Of a stretch of 64,000 nucleotides of DNA, positions 49,125-58,633 are shown in pieces. The number at the start of each line of letters is the position of its first letter. The stretch's first letter is position 1. The stretch is from Alphaproteobacteria bacterium (GTDB lineage: Bacteria > Pseudomonadota > Alphaproteobacteria > Rickettsiales > UBA3002): NCBI GenBank assembly GCA_017302575.1, contig JAFLDD010000001.1:713988-777987 (forward strand), written 5' to 3'. Below the pieces are notes generated by a model, which did not search any database, was not told where the DNA came from, and saw only the letters and a list, made by a program, of their open reading frames with translations. The translations under genes and the position numbers were made by a program.

Positions 49125-49982
49125 CTAGGCCTTGGAAATCCTAGGTTTTTTGGCTATATTTTTGTTTGGTTGACAGGTCGCACAAAAGTAGCTAGCCCGC
49201 CCCGCCTGCACCATGTGGATGATTTCACGACCACACGCAACACAAGGCTCACCCTCGCGTTCATAGACATTGAAGCGATGTTGGAAATAGCCAGTTGCAC
49301 CATCCGAATGCACGAAATCACGTAGTGTTGAGCCACCTGAGTCTATCGCTGCACGGAGTGTTTTCTGTATCGCTTTCACTAATTGAGGAGTGCGCGAAAC
49401 CACGTGTTTTGCAGGGGTTTGTGGATGAATGCCTGCTAAAAACAAGCTCTCACTTGCATAGATATTTCCCACGCCGACGACCACTTCCTGATTCATGATG
49501 ACAGGTTTGATAGGACCATTGCGCCGCGCCAATGCTTCTTGCAAATACGCTGCGTTAAAATCGCTGGAAAGCGGCTCTGGCGCTAAATGTGCAAATAGCG
49601 GGTGCTTCTCGGTAGTGGCGGTGGTGAGCACGTCGATAATGCCAAAACGGCGTGGATCATGAAAGACCACTGCGTGGTCATGCATTTCGAAAATCACATG
49701 GTCGTGTTTGAGAGCCTTATATTTATTGGGTTTTACGATACGCATAGACCCCGACATACCCAAATGCACGAGAATGGATTTACCGTTCGCAAGGTCGATG
49801 AGTATGTATTTGGCGCGGCGCCTTAGCGCCGTTATTTTCTGGCCTGAAACGGTTTTTTCGAATGTTCTTGGAATCGGCGTGCGCAAATCACGGCGATTCA
49901 CCGTTACTGCCTTAATCGTTTTATTTAGAATAACCGGCTCCAAGCCCCGCTTGGTGGTTTCCACTTCGGGTAGTTCGGGCAT
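49125..49982 (-). CDS. mutM: formamidopyrimidine-DNA glycosylase
   Basis: The N-terminus is MPELPEVET (catalytic Pro2/Glu3). It has H2TH and a C-terminal zinc finger CVACG..(n)..CATCQ. The track ORF has a 25-codon upstream extension to 50057. Confidence 0.93.
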   Translation of the reverse strand: MPELPEVETTKRGLEPVILNKTIKAVTVNRRDLRTPIPRTFEKTVSGQKITALRRRAKYILIDLANGKSILVHLGMSGSMRIVKPNKYKALKHDHVIFEMHDHAVVFHDPRRFGIIDVLTTATTEKHPLFAHLAPEPLSSDFNAAYLQEALARRNGPIKPVIMNQEVVVGVGNIYASESLFLAGIHPQTPAKHVVSRTPQLVKAIQKTLRAAIDSGGSTLRDFVHSDGATGYFQHRFNVYEREGEPCVACGREIIHMVQAGRASYFCATCQPNKNIAKKPRISKA

Positions 49983-50036
49983 GGGTTGCTTCCTTCTGTA
50001 AAAACTTGTATCAGCCGCCATGAACATAGGTAACGC

Positions 50037-50777
50037 ATGAACAATTCGCAAACGCATTTCGGCTACGAGACCATCGACGCATCAGAGAAGGTGACGCGCG
50101 TAAGAGGTGTATTTAGTTCGGTCGCAAGCAATTACGACATCATGAATGATCTGATGAGCGCGGGCATGCACCGCTTGTGGAAAGATACATTCGTTTCGAA
50201 AGTACATGCCGATGCGAATAGCACATTGCTCGATGTAGCGGGTGGCACGGGTGATATCGCGGTGCGGCTTTATAAGAAGACAGGTGCGGCTGTAAATGTT
50301 TGTGACATTAATGAACAGATGCTGCGCGCAGGGCAAGACCGCCAGTTCGATAAAGGCGAAACAGCTAAGTTACGTTGGGTTTGTGGTAATGCCGAGTCAC
50401 TCCCCCTGCCCGACAACTCGGTGGATGTGTATACGATTGCGTTTGGATTACGTAACGTTACGGATATTCCCAAGGCACTAAAAGAAGCGCATCGCGTGCT
50501 CAAAATTGGCGGGCAGTTCTTGTGCCTTGAGTTCAGCAAGGTGAATGAGCCATTGCTTGCAAAGATCTACGAGAAATATTCCTTCAACATCATTCCCAAG
50601 ATCGGCGAGTTGGTCGCGAAGGACCGTGCGTCTTACCAGTATCTGGTTGAGTCGATTCGCATGTTCCCCAAACAGCGCGAGCTCGTGAAACTCATGGAAT
50701 CTTGCGGCTTCGGACGCGTTACATTTGATAACTTATCTTTAGGCGTTGTGGCCATTCACCAAGGCTGGAAAATCTAA
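50037..50777 (+). CDS. ubiE: ubiquinone/menaquinone biosynthesis C-methyltransferase
   Basis: 246 aa with motifs YDIMNDLMS.G.HR.WK, the SAM site LDVAGGTGD and FGLRNV. Confidence 0.92.
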   Translation: MNNSQTHFGYETIDASEKVTRVRGVFSSVASNYDIMNDLMSAGMHRLWKDTFVSKVHADANSTLLDVAGGTGDIAVRLYKKTGAAVNVCDINEQMLRAGQDRQFDKGETAKLRWVCGNAESLPLPDNSVDVYTIAFGLRNVTDIPKALKEAHRVLKIGGQFLCLEFSKVNEPLLAKIYEKYSFNIIPKIGELVAKDRASYQYLVESIRMFPKQRELVKLMESCGFGRVTFDNLSLGVVAIHQGWKI

Positions 50778-52186
50778 TGGAAGATGTAAGATACAGCCTT
50801 CGTTTGCTTGGTTTGGCCTATATCCTAGCACGCCATGATGCGACGTTTGTATGTGACGTTATCAAACTTCCTCTCCCTGTCCGTGTATTTTTCTGGCTCA
50901 TCACCAAGCGTAATAGAAAAGCCAATAAAGGTGTTCGACTTGGCAATGCGCTTCAGCAGATGGGGCCAAGTTTCATTAAGGCGGGCCAAGCACTCTCCAC
51001 GCGCGGTGATTTGATTGGCGTTGAATTGGCGGAAGGTTTGGTGTCGCTGCAAGATAAATTACCACCGTTTGATGGTGCTATCGCCAAGCAGATTATCGAG
51101 GCCGAGCTTGGTGACACGATTGAGAATCTCTTCACATGGTTTGAGCATGATGCAACCGCCGCCGCATCGATTGCGCAGGTGCATTTTGCGACCACAAAAG
51201 ACGGTAAAGACGTTGCGGTGAAGGTTCTACGCCCACATATCGAAGCGGCATTCGCACGCGATATCGCGCTGCTTTACTGGATTGCAAAAAAGATCGCCAA
51301 GCGTATGCCACGCTTAAAACCTGTTGAGGTTGTTAAAACCTTTGAGGAAACCATTCGTGTTGAATTGGATTTGCGATTTGAAGCCGCCGCCGCCGAAGAA
51401 CTGAAAGAAAATACCAAGCACGATCCAGAATTTTATGTCGTGGCGGTCGATTGGGTGCGTACCGCGAAGCGCGTGCTCACCACCGAGCGTATTCGTGGAT
51501 TCCACGCCAGCGACAAAGCGGGCATGGAAGCGGCAGGTATCGACACCACTAAAATTACCGAGAAAGCGGCAACTGCTTTCTTCAACCAAGTATTCCGCGA
51601 CGGATTTTTCCATGCCGATATGCACCCAGGCAATTTGTTCGTGCTGCCAGATGGTCGCCTAGCACCTGTTGATTTTGGCATCATGGGGCGTATTGACCAT
51701 GCCAACCAATTAGTGCTCGCGGAGATTCTCTACGGATTCCTGAAAGGTGATTATCAGCGCGTTGCACGCGTTCACTATGATGCTGGGTGGATACCGCCGC
51801 ATGTGTCGGTTGATTTATTTGCGCAGGCATGCCGTGGCGTTGGCCAACCCATGATGGGCAAAGCGCTCAATGAAATCTCGGTGGGGCGTTTGCTTGGCCA
51901 GTTGATTGATATTGGCACTATGTTTGAAATGGAAACCCAGCCACATTTGATTTTATTGCAAAAAACCATGATGACCGCCGAGGGCGTAGGCCGTGGTCTC
52001 AATCCAAATGTGAATATGTGGCAATTGGCGGAACCGCTCATTACCCAGTGGGCTCAGGAGAACTTCTCGCCGCGTGCAAAACTGCGTGATTTCGCACGTG
52101 AGGCGCTGGAAGTCTTGCGCGAATCACCCACCGTATTACGAGAAATACGTGCCTATTTGGGCGAATTACAGGCAAAAAACGCATAG
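50777..52186 (+). CDS. ubiB: ubiquinone biosynthesis regulatory kinase-like protein UbiB (ABC1/ADCK family)
   Basis: 469 aa with motifs GPSFIKAGQALSTRGDL, LQDKLPPF, AASIAQVH, VAVKVLRP and FHADMHPGN. The ATG overlaps the ubiE TAA. Confidence 0.9.
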   Translation: MEDVRYSLRLLGLAYILARHDATFVCDVIKLPLPVRVFFWLITKRNRKANKGVRLGNALQQMGPSFIKAGQALSTRGDLIGVELAEGLVSLQDKLPPFDGAIAKQIIEAELGDTIENLFTWFEHDATAAASIAQVHFATTKDGKDVAVKVLRPHIEAAFARDIALLYWIAKKIAKRMPRLKPVEVVKTFEETIRVELDLRFEAAAAEELKENTKHDPEFYVVAVDWVRTAKRVLTTERIRGFHASDKAGMEAAGIDTTKITEKAATAFFNQVFRDGFFHADMHPGNLFVLPDGRLAPVDFGIMGRIDHANQLVLAEILYGFLKGDYQRVARVHYDAGWIPPHVSVDLFAQACRGVGQPMMGKALNEISVGRLLGQLIDIGTMFEMETQPHLILLQKTMMTAEGVGRGLNPNVNMWQLAEPLITQWAQENFSPRAKLRDFAREALEVLRESPTVLREIRAYLGELQAKNA

Positions 52187-52237
52187 TTTCGTGCCGCAAT
52201 AGTTGCGAGAGCCACAGCTACCCTCTATAAGCCCTGT

Positions 52238-53461
52238 ATGGCATTACCTCGTTCCATTCTGCTCATTATCACCGGCTCGGTTGCCGCGTATAAAAGCCTT
52301 GAGTTGATTCGTCTGCTCAAAGAGCGCGGCGTGGAAGTGCATGCGATTTTAAGTAAGGGTGGCGCAGAGTTTATTACGCCGCTTGCCGTGTCATCGCTCA
52401 CGGGCACACAAACCTATCATGATTTATTCTCGCTCACGGACGAAGTGGCGATGGGACATATTGAACTGTCTCGTATTGCCGAATTAGTGTTGGTTGCGCC
52501 CGCCAGTGCCGATGTTTTGGCAAAGATGGCCGCAGGGTTAGCGAGTGATTTAGCAACAACCGCTCTACTTGCGACCGATAAACCCGTTATCGTTGCGCCA
52601 GCGATGAATCACAAAATGTGGTCACACGCGGCGACGCAACGCAACGTCGCCCAACTGAAAGCGGACGGCATTCGTTTCATCGACCCTACCGAAGGCGCGA
52701 TGGCATGTGGTGAATATGGCGTTGGCCGCATGGCTGAACCTGCCGAGATTGTGCGCTTCATTACCGAACACTCCTCTGCACGAAGCGGTGTTTTGAAAGG
52801 TAAGAGAGCTATCGTTACAAGCGGCCCTACGCATGAGCCCGTTGACCCTGTACGTTTTCTTGGCAATCACGCTTCTGGAAAACAAGGTCACGCCGTTGCC
52901 GCAGCACTTGCAGCACATGGCGCAGAAGTTACGCTGATTAGCGGTCCCGTGCAAATTCCTACGCCTGCGGGTGTAAAACTGGTGGCTGTGCAAACCGCAG
53001 ATGAAATGCATGATGCGGTGATGCGCGCATTGCCTGCAGATATTTTTGTGGGTGCGGCAGCAGTTGCCGACTGGCGAATGACCCATGTTTCGCCGCATAA
53101 AATAAAAAAGCACGGCGCTGTCTCGAAGCTTACGCTGGAACTCATTCCCACGCGCGATATTCTGGCGGAAGTGGCCAAGCACAAAATGCGCCCAGACCTT
53201 GTGATTGGTTTTGCTGCTGAAACGGATGCGGTGAAAGACTATGCGCGCAAGAAGCTGCAAGCCAAAGGCAGCGATTTCGTGCTCGGCAACGATGTAGAAG
53301 GCGGCAAAGTGTTTGGCGCGGATGAAAACACCATTTTATTTGTAACAGCCAAAGGCGAAACGAAGTGGCCAAAAATGAGTAAGCTCGCCGTAGGTGAAAA
53401 GCTGGTACAAGAAATTATCGAATCTCTCTCCACTTCTAAAAAACGAAAGAACGCATCATGA
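52238..53461 (+). CDS. coaBC: bifunctional phosphopantothenoylcysteine decarboxylase / synthetase
   Basis: 407 aa with an N-terminal flavoprotein domain ([18 protein letters not shown]) and a C-terminal CoaB domain ([24 protein letters not shown]). Confidence 0.93.
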   Translation: MALPRSILLIITGSVAAYKSLELIRLLKERGVEVHAILSKGGAEFITPLAVSSLTGTQTYHDLFSLTDEVAMGHIELSRIAELVLVAPASADVLAKMAAGLASDLATTALLATDKPVIVAPAMNHKMWSHAATQRNVAQLKADGIRFIDPTEGAMACGEYGVGRMAEPAEIVRFITEHSSARSGVLKGKRAIVTSGPTHEPVDPVRFLGNHASGKQGHAVAAALAAHGAEVTLISGPVQIPTPAGVKLVAVQTADEMHDAVMRALPADIFVGAAAVADWRMTHVSPHKIKKHGAVSKLTLELIPTRDILAEVAKHKMRPDLVIGFAAETDAVKDYARKKLQAKGSDFVLGNDVEGGKVFGADENTILFVTAKGETKWPKMSKLAVGEKLVQEIIESLSTSKKRKNAS

Positions 53462-53916
53462 GTAAATCTGTTTCTATTTCCGTTACGCGCCTTCCTCACG
53501 GCAAGGATCTTGCCCTACCCGCTTACGCAACCGAACATAGCGCAGGTATGGATTTGTTGGCAGCAATCGATGCGCCTATTACGCTAAACCCAAATGAACG
53601 CAAACTCGTGCCCACTGGTATCGCGATTGCGTTGCCAGATGGCTTTGAAGCACAGGTGCGCCCTCGCTCTGGCCTTGCGCTTAAAAGTGGCATTAGCATA
53701 GTGAATGCGCCTGGCACGGTGGATGCAGATTATCGCGGCGAAGTGGGTGTGATTCTGATCAACACTTCGACAGAAGCCTTCACGATTGAGCGTGGCATGC
53801 GCATTGCGCAAATGGTGATTGCACCCTACACACGCGCGCAATGGAGCGAAGTACTGGAACTGCCAACGTCTGACCGTGGTGCAGGTGGATTCGGCTCAAC
53901 AGGCACGAAAGGTTAG
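53458..53916 (+). CDS. dut: dUTP diphosphatase
   Basis: 152 aa with motifs [24 protein letters not shown] and GGFGSTG. ATGA overlap with coaBC. Confidence 0.95.
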   Translation: MSKSVSISVTRLPHGKDLALPAYATEHSAGMDLLAAIDAPITLNPNERKLVPTGIAIALPDGFEAQVRPRSGLALKSGISIVNAPGTVDADYRGEVGVILINTSTEAFTIERGMRIAQMVIAPYTRAQWSEVLELPTSDRGAGGFGSTGTKG

Positions 53917-53918
53917 TC

Positions 53919-54890
53919 ATGCGTAAATCACTTGATCATCTCGATAAGGCGGGCCGTGGCCGCGTGTATGACTCCATTTTAGAAACGCTCGGCAACACGC
54001 CGCTCGTTAAGTTGCACCGTATTGCAGAGCAAGCGGGCGCAGTGGCAGACGTGTATGCAAAGCTGGAGTTTTTCAACCCACTTTCCTCTGTCAAAGACCG
54101 CATTGCATTGTCGATGGTGGAAGCCGCCGAAGAGGCAGGTGTCATCACCAAGGATTCAGTGCTGGTGGAGCCAACTTCCGGCAATACAGGGATTGCACTT
54201 GCATTTGTGTGTGCGGCAAAAGGCTACAAGCTGGTGTTGACGATGCCTGAAAGCATGTCGATGGAACGTCGCAAGATGCTCAAATTCTTGGGCGCTGAGT
54301 TGGAGCTCACGCCTGCTGCTAAAGGTATGCGTGGTGCGATTGAGAAGGCAGAAGAAATTGTCGCCGCGAATAAGAACGCCATCATGCTTCAGCAATTCAA
54401 CAACCCTTCCAACCCTGCGATTCACGTGCGCACAACGGGTCATGAAATCTGGAATGACACGCAAGGCAAAGTGGATGTGTTCATCACGGGCGTGGGTACG
54501 GGCGGCACGATTACGGGTACAGGAACTGTGCTGAAAGAGAAAAACCCTAACATCAAAATCATCGCCGTTGAGCCAGAGGAAAGCCCTGTTATTTCGGGTG
54601 GCAACCCTGGCCCACATAAAATTCAAGGTATTGGTGCGGGTTTTATTCCCAATAACTTGAAGCGCGAATTGATCGACGAAGTGGTCACCGTGACGAGTGA
54701 CGAGGCGTTTGCTACCTCACGCCAACTTTCACTGCTGGAAGGAATTCCCGCAGGCATTTCGTCGGGTGCAACGGTTGCTGCTGCATTGAAGGTAGCGGCA
54801 CGCCCCGACATGAAGGGAAAGATGATTGTGGTGATTGTTGCTTCTGCTGCAGAACGCTACATTTCCACCAGCCTGTTCGCGGAAGCATAA
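53919..54890 (+). CDS. cysK: cysteine synthase (O-acetylserine sulfhydrylase)
   Basis: 323 aa with the PLP-Lys motif PLSSVKDR and the motifs TSGNTGIALA, GVGTGGTITG and SSG. Confidence 0.9.
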   Translation: MRKSLDHLDKAGRGRVYDSILETLGNTPLVKLHRIAEQAGAVADVYAKLEFFNPLSSVKDRIALSMVEAAEEAGVITKDSVLVEPTSGNTGIALAFVCAAKGYKLVLTMPESMSMERRKMLKFLGAELELTPAAKGMRGAIEKAEEIVAANKNAIMLQQFNNPSNPAIHVRTTGHEIWNDTQGKVDVFITGVGTGGTITGTGTVLKEKNPNIKIIAVEPEESPVISGGNPGPHKIQGIGAGFIPNNLKRELIDEVVTVTSDEAFATSRQLSLLEGIPAGISSGATVAAALKVAARPDMKGKMIVVIVASAAERYISTSLFAEA

Positions 54891-55624
54891 TGGCGCTAAC
54901 GCTGGAGCAGCAACGCCGCTATGCGCGGCAAATCATGCTGCCAGAATTTGGTGAAGCAGGTCAGGAGGCCTTGCTGCGTGCGCGTGTATTGGTGATTGGC
55001 GCAGGCGGACTTGGCTCGGCATTGATTCCCTATCTCGCGGCGGCAGGTATTGGCCATTTAGGCATTATCGATGGTGACCGTGTTGAATTGTCAAATCTCG
55101 CACGTCAGGTCATTCACGAAACGGGCGATATTGGCCGACTGAAAGTGGAAAGCGCCGCTGACCGCGTCAGCGAACTAAATCCTGATGTGCAGGTGACGAT
55201 TTTTCCAGAACCGCTTACAGCAGAGAATGCAGAGCGCATCATTGCGCAGTATGATGTGATTGCCGATGGGTGCGATAATTTCAAAACACGATTTGTAGTA
55301 AACGCTGCCTGCGTCAAACTCGGCAAGCCGTTAGTAAGCGCTGCTATTTCAGGATTTAATGGGCAGGTGATGAGTGTTGCTAATCGTTCTGCATGTTATG
55401 CGTGCTTCCTGCACCCCGATGCGCCAGAAGCAAACACCTGCAAAGAATCAGGCGTTGTTGGGCCACTTGCTGGCATGATTGGTTCAGCGCAAGCGCTTGA
55501 AGTGGTACGAATGATTCTTGGCTCCCCCGCCCTTGTTGGTTCTATTGCCGTGTTTGATGGAACGTCGCATCAGCAACGCATTGTGGCGATTCAGAAAGAT
55601 GTTGGCTGCAAGGTATGCGGCTAA
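54890..55624 (+). CDS. moeB: HesA/MoeB/ThiF-family E1-like adenylyltransferase
   Basis: 244 aa with motifs RYARQIMLPEFG, the nucleotide loop GAGGLGS, DGD.VELSNL.RQ and Cys pairs (CYAC..., CKVCG). The ATG overlaps the cysK TAA. Confidence 0.8.
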   Translation: MALTLEQQRRYARQIMLPEFGEAGQEALLRARVLVIGAGGLGSALIPYLAAAGIGHLGIIDGDRVELSNLARQVIHETGDIGRLKVESAADRVSELNPDVQVTIFPEPLTAENAERIIAQYDVIADGCDNFKTRFVVNAACVKLGKPLVSAAISGFNGQVMSVANRSACYACFLHPDAPEANTCKESGVVGPLAGMIGSAQALEVVRMILGSPALVGSIAVFDGTSHQQRIVAIQKDVGCKVCG

Positions 55625-56601
55625 ATCGCTTCTTCGACCAGCACTTTGTCGGGCGGATTATGCCCATCGAGGAACGAGCGGATATTGATAATCACGCGCT
55701 CACCCATTTCGAGACGCGATTCAATCGTCGCCGAGCTGATATGCGGCAGCAAAATAACATTGGGCTGATTGCGTAAGGCATGCGGCACATCAGGCGCGTG
55801 CTCATATACATCAAGCCCTGCCCCTGCGATCACGCCATCTTTCAATGCGTCTATCATGGCGGTTTCGTCAATCAGCGCGCCGCGTGCCGTGTTGATGATA
55901 TAGGCGCTTGGTTTCATTTTCTTAAAGCGCGCTGCGTTCATCAAGTGGTGCGTGTCTTTCGTGTGTGGGCAGTGCAGTGATACAATATCGACTTCCTTCA
56001 GCATCGCGTCGAGCGTTGCATGGTAGGTTGCACCCAGTTCTTTTTCCACTGACGCATGCAAGCGGACGCGTTGATGGTAATGAATTTCTATACCAAAGCC
56101 CTTGGCACGCTTGGCAACGGCTTGGCCAATGCGCCCCAAACCAACGATACCCAGCTTTTTGCCGTTCACCCGATGGCCGAGCATGTAAAGCGGGCTCCAA
56201 CCTTGCCATTGCTGGAGGCGAATCGCTTGCGCGGCCTCCGACAAGCGGCGCGGCACGCCGAGAATCAAGGTCATGGCGATGTCGGCGGTATCTTCGGTCA
56301 GTACGCTAGGCGTGTTAGTCACGATGATGCCTCGCTTTTTTGCATATGACACATCGATATGATCAACCCCCGCACCGAAGTTGGCGATAAGCTTGAGATT
56401 CGGCGAGAGTGCGTCAATCACGTCTTTGGTGATGGCATCTGAAAGTGTTGGCACTAATACGTTCGCGCCCTTTGCACGCAGAATAATGCCTGCGCTATCG
56501 AGTGCGGAATCCGACTGGCGCGGCACATGGCCGAATAGCTCAGCCATTCGTTTCTCGATGGGCTCGGGCAATTGATGCGTAACGAAGATGCGGCTTGCCA
56601 T
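55621..56601 (-). CDS. D-isomer-specific 2-hydroxyacid dehydrogenase (glyoxylate/hydroxypyruvate reductase-like)
   Basis: 326 aa with the NAD loop GIVGLGRIGQAVAKRA and the catalytic R/E/H pattern (NTARG, DV.E.EP, PHISS). Confidence 0.85.
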   Translation of the reverse strand: MASRIFVTHQLPEPIEKRMAELFGHVPRQSDSALDSAGIILRAKGANVLVPTLSDAITKDVIDALSPNLKLIANFGAGVDHIDVSYAKKRGIIVTNTPSVLTEDTADIAMTLILGVPRRLSEAAQAIRLQQWQGWSPLYMLGHRVNGKKLGIVGLGRIGQAVAKRAKGFGIEIHYHQRVRLHASVEKELGATYHATLDAMLKEVDIVSLHCPHTKDTHHLMNAARFKKMKPSAYIINTARGALIDETAMIDALKDGVIAGAGLDVYEHAPDVPHALRNQPNVILLPHISSATIESRLEMGERVIINIRSFLDGHNPPDKVLVEEAI

Positions 56602-56639
56602 GTTTTGACTTCCTTATGACTTGCGATATAAGGGGGCTT

Positions 56640-57137
56640 ATGAAGAAACGCAATGTTTTCGCCGCTATCTTACTGTGCGCTGCAACAGCGCAGGCAGAAG
56701 ACGTTTCCATTTTGAACCCTTCAGGCCTGCCGATTCCACGCTATGTTGCGCTGAAATCCGATGAAGTGAATATGCGCGTTGGCCCTGGCAAGCGCTACCC
56801 GATTACGTGGGTCTACCGCCGCGCCAGCATGCCCGTGCAGATTATCGAAGAATTCGCGCATTGGCGACGTATCAAGGATTTCGAGGGATCAAGTGGATGG
56901 GTTCATAAAGGCTTGCTGGACGGTGCGCGCACCGCACTCATCATTGACAAGCAGCAGAACCTCTATGCGAAACCTGATGCTACATCGCCGACCGTTATGC
57001 GTGCTGACCCGCTCGTGGTTGGCAAGCTACAGGCCTGCAATCCCGACTGGTGCCAACTTAATATTGAAGGTCACGAGGGTTGGATTCGCAAAGCCGATAT
57101 CTGGGGCGTTACGCGCGAAGAGACGTTTGAGGAATAG
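56640..57137 (+). CDS. secreted SH3-like domain protein (DUF1058 type)
   Basis: It has a signal peptide (MKKRNVFAAILLCAATAQA), then LPIPRYV.LKSDEVN.R.GPG..YPI.WVY....PV.II.E...WR.I.D..G..GW. The track start at 56595 is unlikely. Confidence 0.7.
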   Translation: MKKRNVFAAILLCAATAQAEDVSILNPSGLPIPRYVALKSDEVNMRVGPGKRYPITWVYRRASMPVQIIEEFAHWRRIKDFEGSSGWVHKGLLDGARTALIIDKQQNLYAKPDATSPTVMRADPLVVGKLQACNPDWCQLNIEGHEGWIRKADIWGVTREETFEE

Positions 57138-57140
57138 CGC

Positions 57141-58565
57141 TTAGTAGCCCGTCATGATGCGTTCGACGAGTTCTTTCACCGTTGGCACAAAACCATTGGA
57201 ATAGAATGGGTCTTGCTTGAACTTGTAAGCGTTATGGCCTGAGAACATCAGGTTGTTCTCGATGTCACCACCACGCACGATTTCTTGCAGCGTCTTTTGG
57301 ATGCAGAAGCTGCGCGGATCAGCTTTTTTACCAGTGGTGTAATCGTCATGGTCTTTCCAGTTGCTGAAGCGACAATGTGTCAGACAGCCCATGCAATCCA
57401 CTTGGTCTTGGTGAATTTCCTTTGCTTTTTCGGGAGCGACAAACATCAGGGTTTCGTCTGGTGTTTTCATTGGGTCGCTGAATCCTTGCGCTACCCAACG
57501 ATTCGCCTTTTCGAAATCTTCTGGTGTCATGTAGTGCGGGCGTTTACGTGGGCCAAATGGGAAAGGCTCTGTCATGTAGCCTGTTGGCTCAGTAGCGAAT
57601 GGTACTTGGCGCTCCTCGCGGCCACGCAGTTCTTTGATGAAATCATTATTCACTGCCGATGAGTAGAAACCCGTTGGGCTGAATTTGTTGAGGAACACAT
57701 CGCCTTCATTGAGCGTCGTAAGACGTGATTTCCATGCATCAGGAATCGGGCTTTCTTTAGTGAGCAACGGGCGCGTACCAAATTGGAATGCGACAGGGCC
57801 AATCTCGGGGTTGTCGAGCCAATGTTCCCAGTCTTTCAAGTGCCATGCACCACCCGCCATAATGATAGGCACATGGTTCAAGCCCACTTCGTTCATGAAT
57901 TTGCGCAACTCGGCAACACGTGGGTATGGATCCTCTGGCTTTTGTGGATCTTCGCTGTTGCTCAAACCATTATGGCCACCTGCCAACCATGGATCTTCAT
58001 ACACAACACTGCCTAGCAGATTAGCACTTTTAGAATAGGCACGCTTCCACAAGGCGCGGAACGCACGCATCGACGAAATGATGGGGTGGTAGTGAACATT
58101 ATATTTCTCGGCAATGTCGCTTAGGCGGTATGGCATACCCGCACCACATGTCACGCCATTAATAAGTCCCTTAGCGCCTTCCAGCACGCCTTCCATGACG
58201 CGCTCACAACCGCCCATTTCCCACAGCACGTTAATGTGGATGCGACCTTGGCCGCCCGACATTTCATAGGCCATTTTCGCGTGTTGAATACCTGAGCGAA
58301 TCCCGTTTTCGACGAGCTCTTCATGGCGCTCACGGCGAGTGGTGCCTTTATATACGAGCGGAATGACCTTACCCTCCGCATCATATTCGAGCTGGTTCAC
58401 CGCCGAAATCGTACCGACCGCGCCTGCCGCAGCAAATGCGCCTGCCGAACGGCCATTGGACGCACCAACCCCTTTTCCACCCTCAATAATAGGGAGCACT
58501 TCTTTGCCAGAAACCAGTACAGGCTTGAGTTTACGCGAGAATTCAGCAGTAGCAACGGCGGTCAT
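57141..58565 (-). CDS. nitronate monooxygenase / NPD-family FMN oxidoreductase (long form)
   Basis: 474 aa with motifs PIIEGGKGVGASNG, VTCGAGMPY and PIIMAGGAWH. The TIM-barrel FMN-enzyme pattern was recognised only loosely. Confidence 0.55.
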   Translation of the reverse strand: MTAVATAEFSRKLKPVLVSGKEVLPIIEGGKGVGASNGRSAGAFAAAGAVGTISAVNQLEYDAEGKVIPLVYKGTTRRERHEELVENGIRSGIQHAKMAYEMSGGQGRIHINVLWEMGGCERVMEGVLEGAKGLINGVTCGAGMPYRLSDIAEKYNVHYHPIISSMRAFRALWKRAYSKSANLLGSVVYEDPWLAGGHNGLSNSEDPQKPEDPYPRVAELRKFMNEVGLNHVPIIMAGGAWHLKDWEHWLDNPEIGPVAFQFGTRPLLTKESPIPDAWKSRLTTLNEGDVFLNKFSPTGFYSSAVNNDFIKELRGREERQVPFATEPTGYMTEPFPFGPRKRPHYMTPEDFEKANRWVAQGFSDPMKTPDETLMFVAPEKAKEIHQDQVDCMGCLTHCRFSNWKDHDDYTTGKKADPRSFCIQKTLQEIVRGGDIENNLMFSGHNAYKFKQDPFYSNGFVPTVKELVERIMTGY

Positions 58566-58610
58566 TATTAGGCCTACATTGTTATAATTGGTAATATTAG
58601 GGGGCGGAAT

Positions 58611-58633
58611 ATAGGGGGTAGAACCCCCCCTGT
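58611..58633 (-). terminator. possible polA terminator hairpin
   Basis: GGGGG-TAGAA-CCCCC(CC) lies immediately downstream of the polA stop. On the minus strand it is followed by TATATT, a weak U-run. Confidence 0.35.

Noticed and set aside
52622-53260. 212-aa minus-strand ORF inside coaBC. Similar cases are 20493-21083 inside hemA, 23703-24134 inside metE and 8831-9367 across the gltX/def junction.
   Set aside because: All are antisense to genes with strong family motifs and have biased, motif-free translations. I treated them as non-coding.
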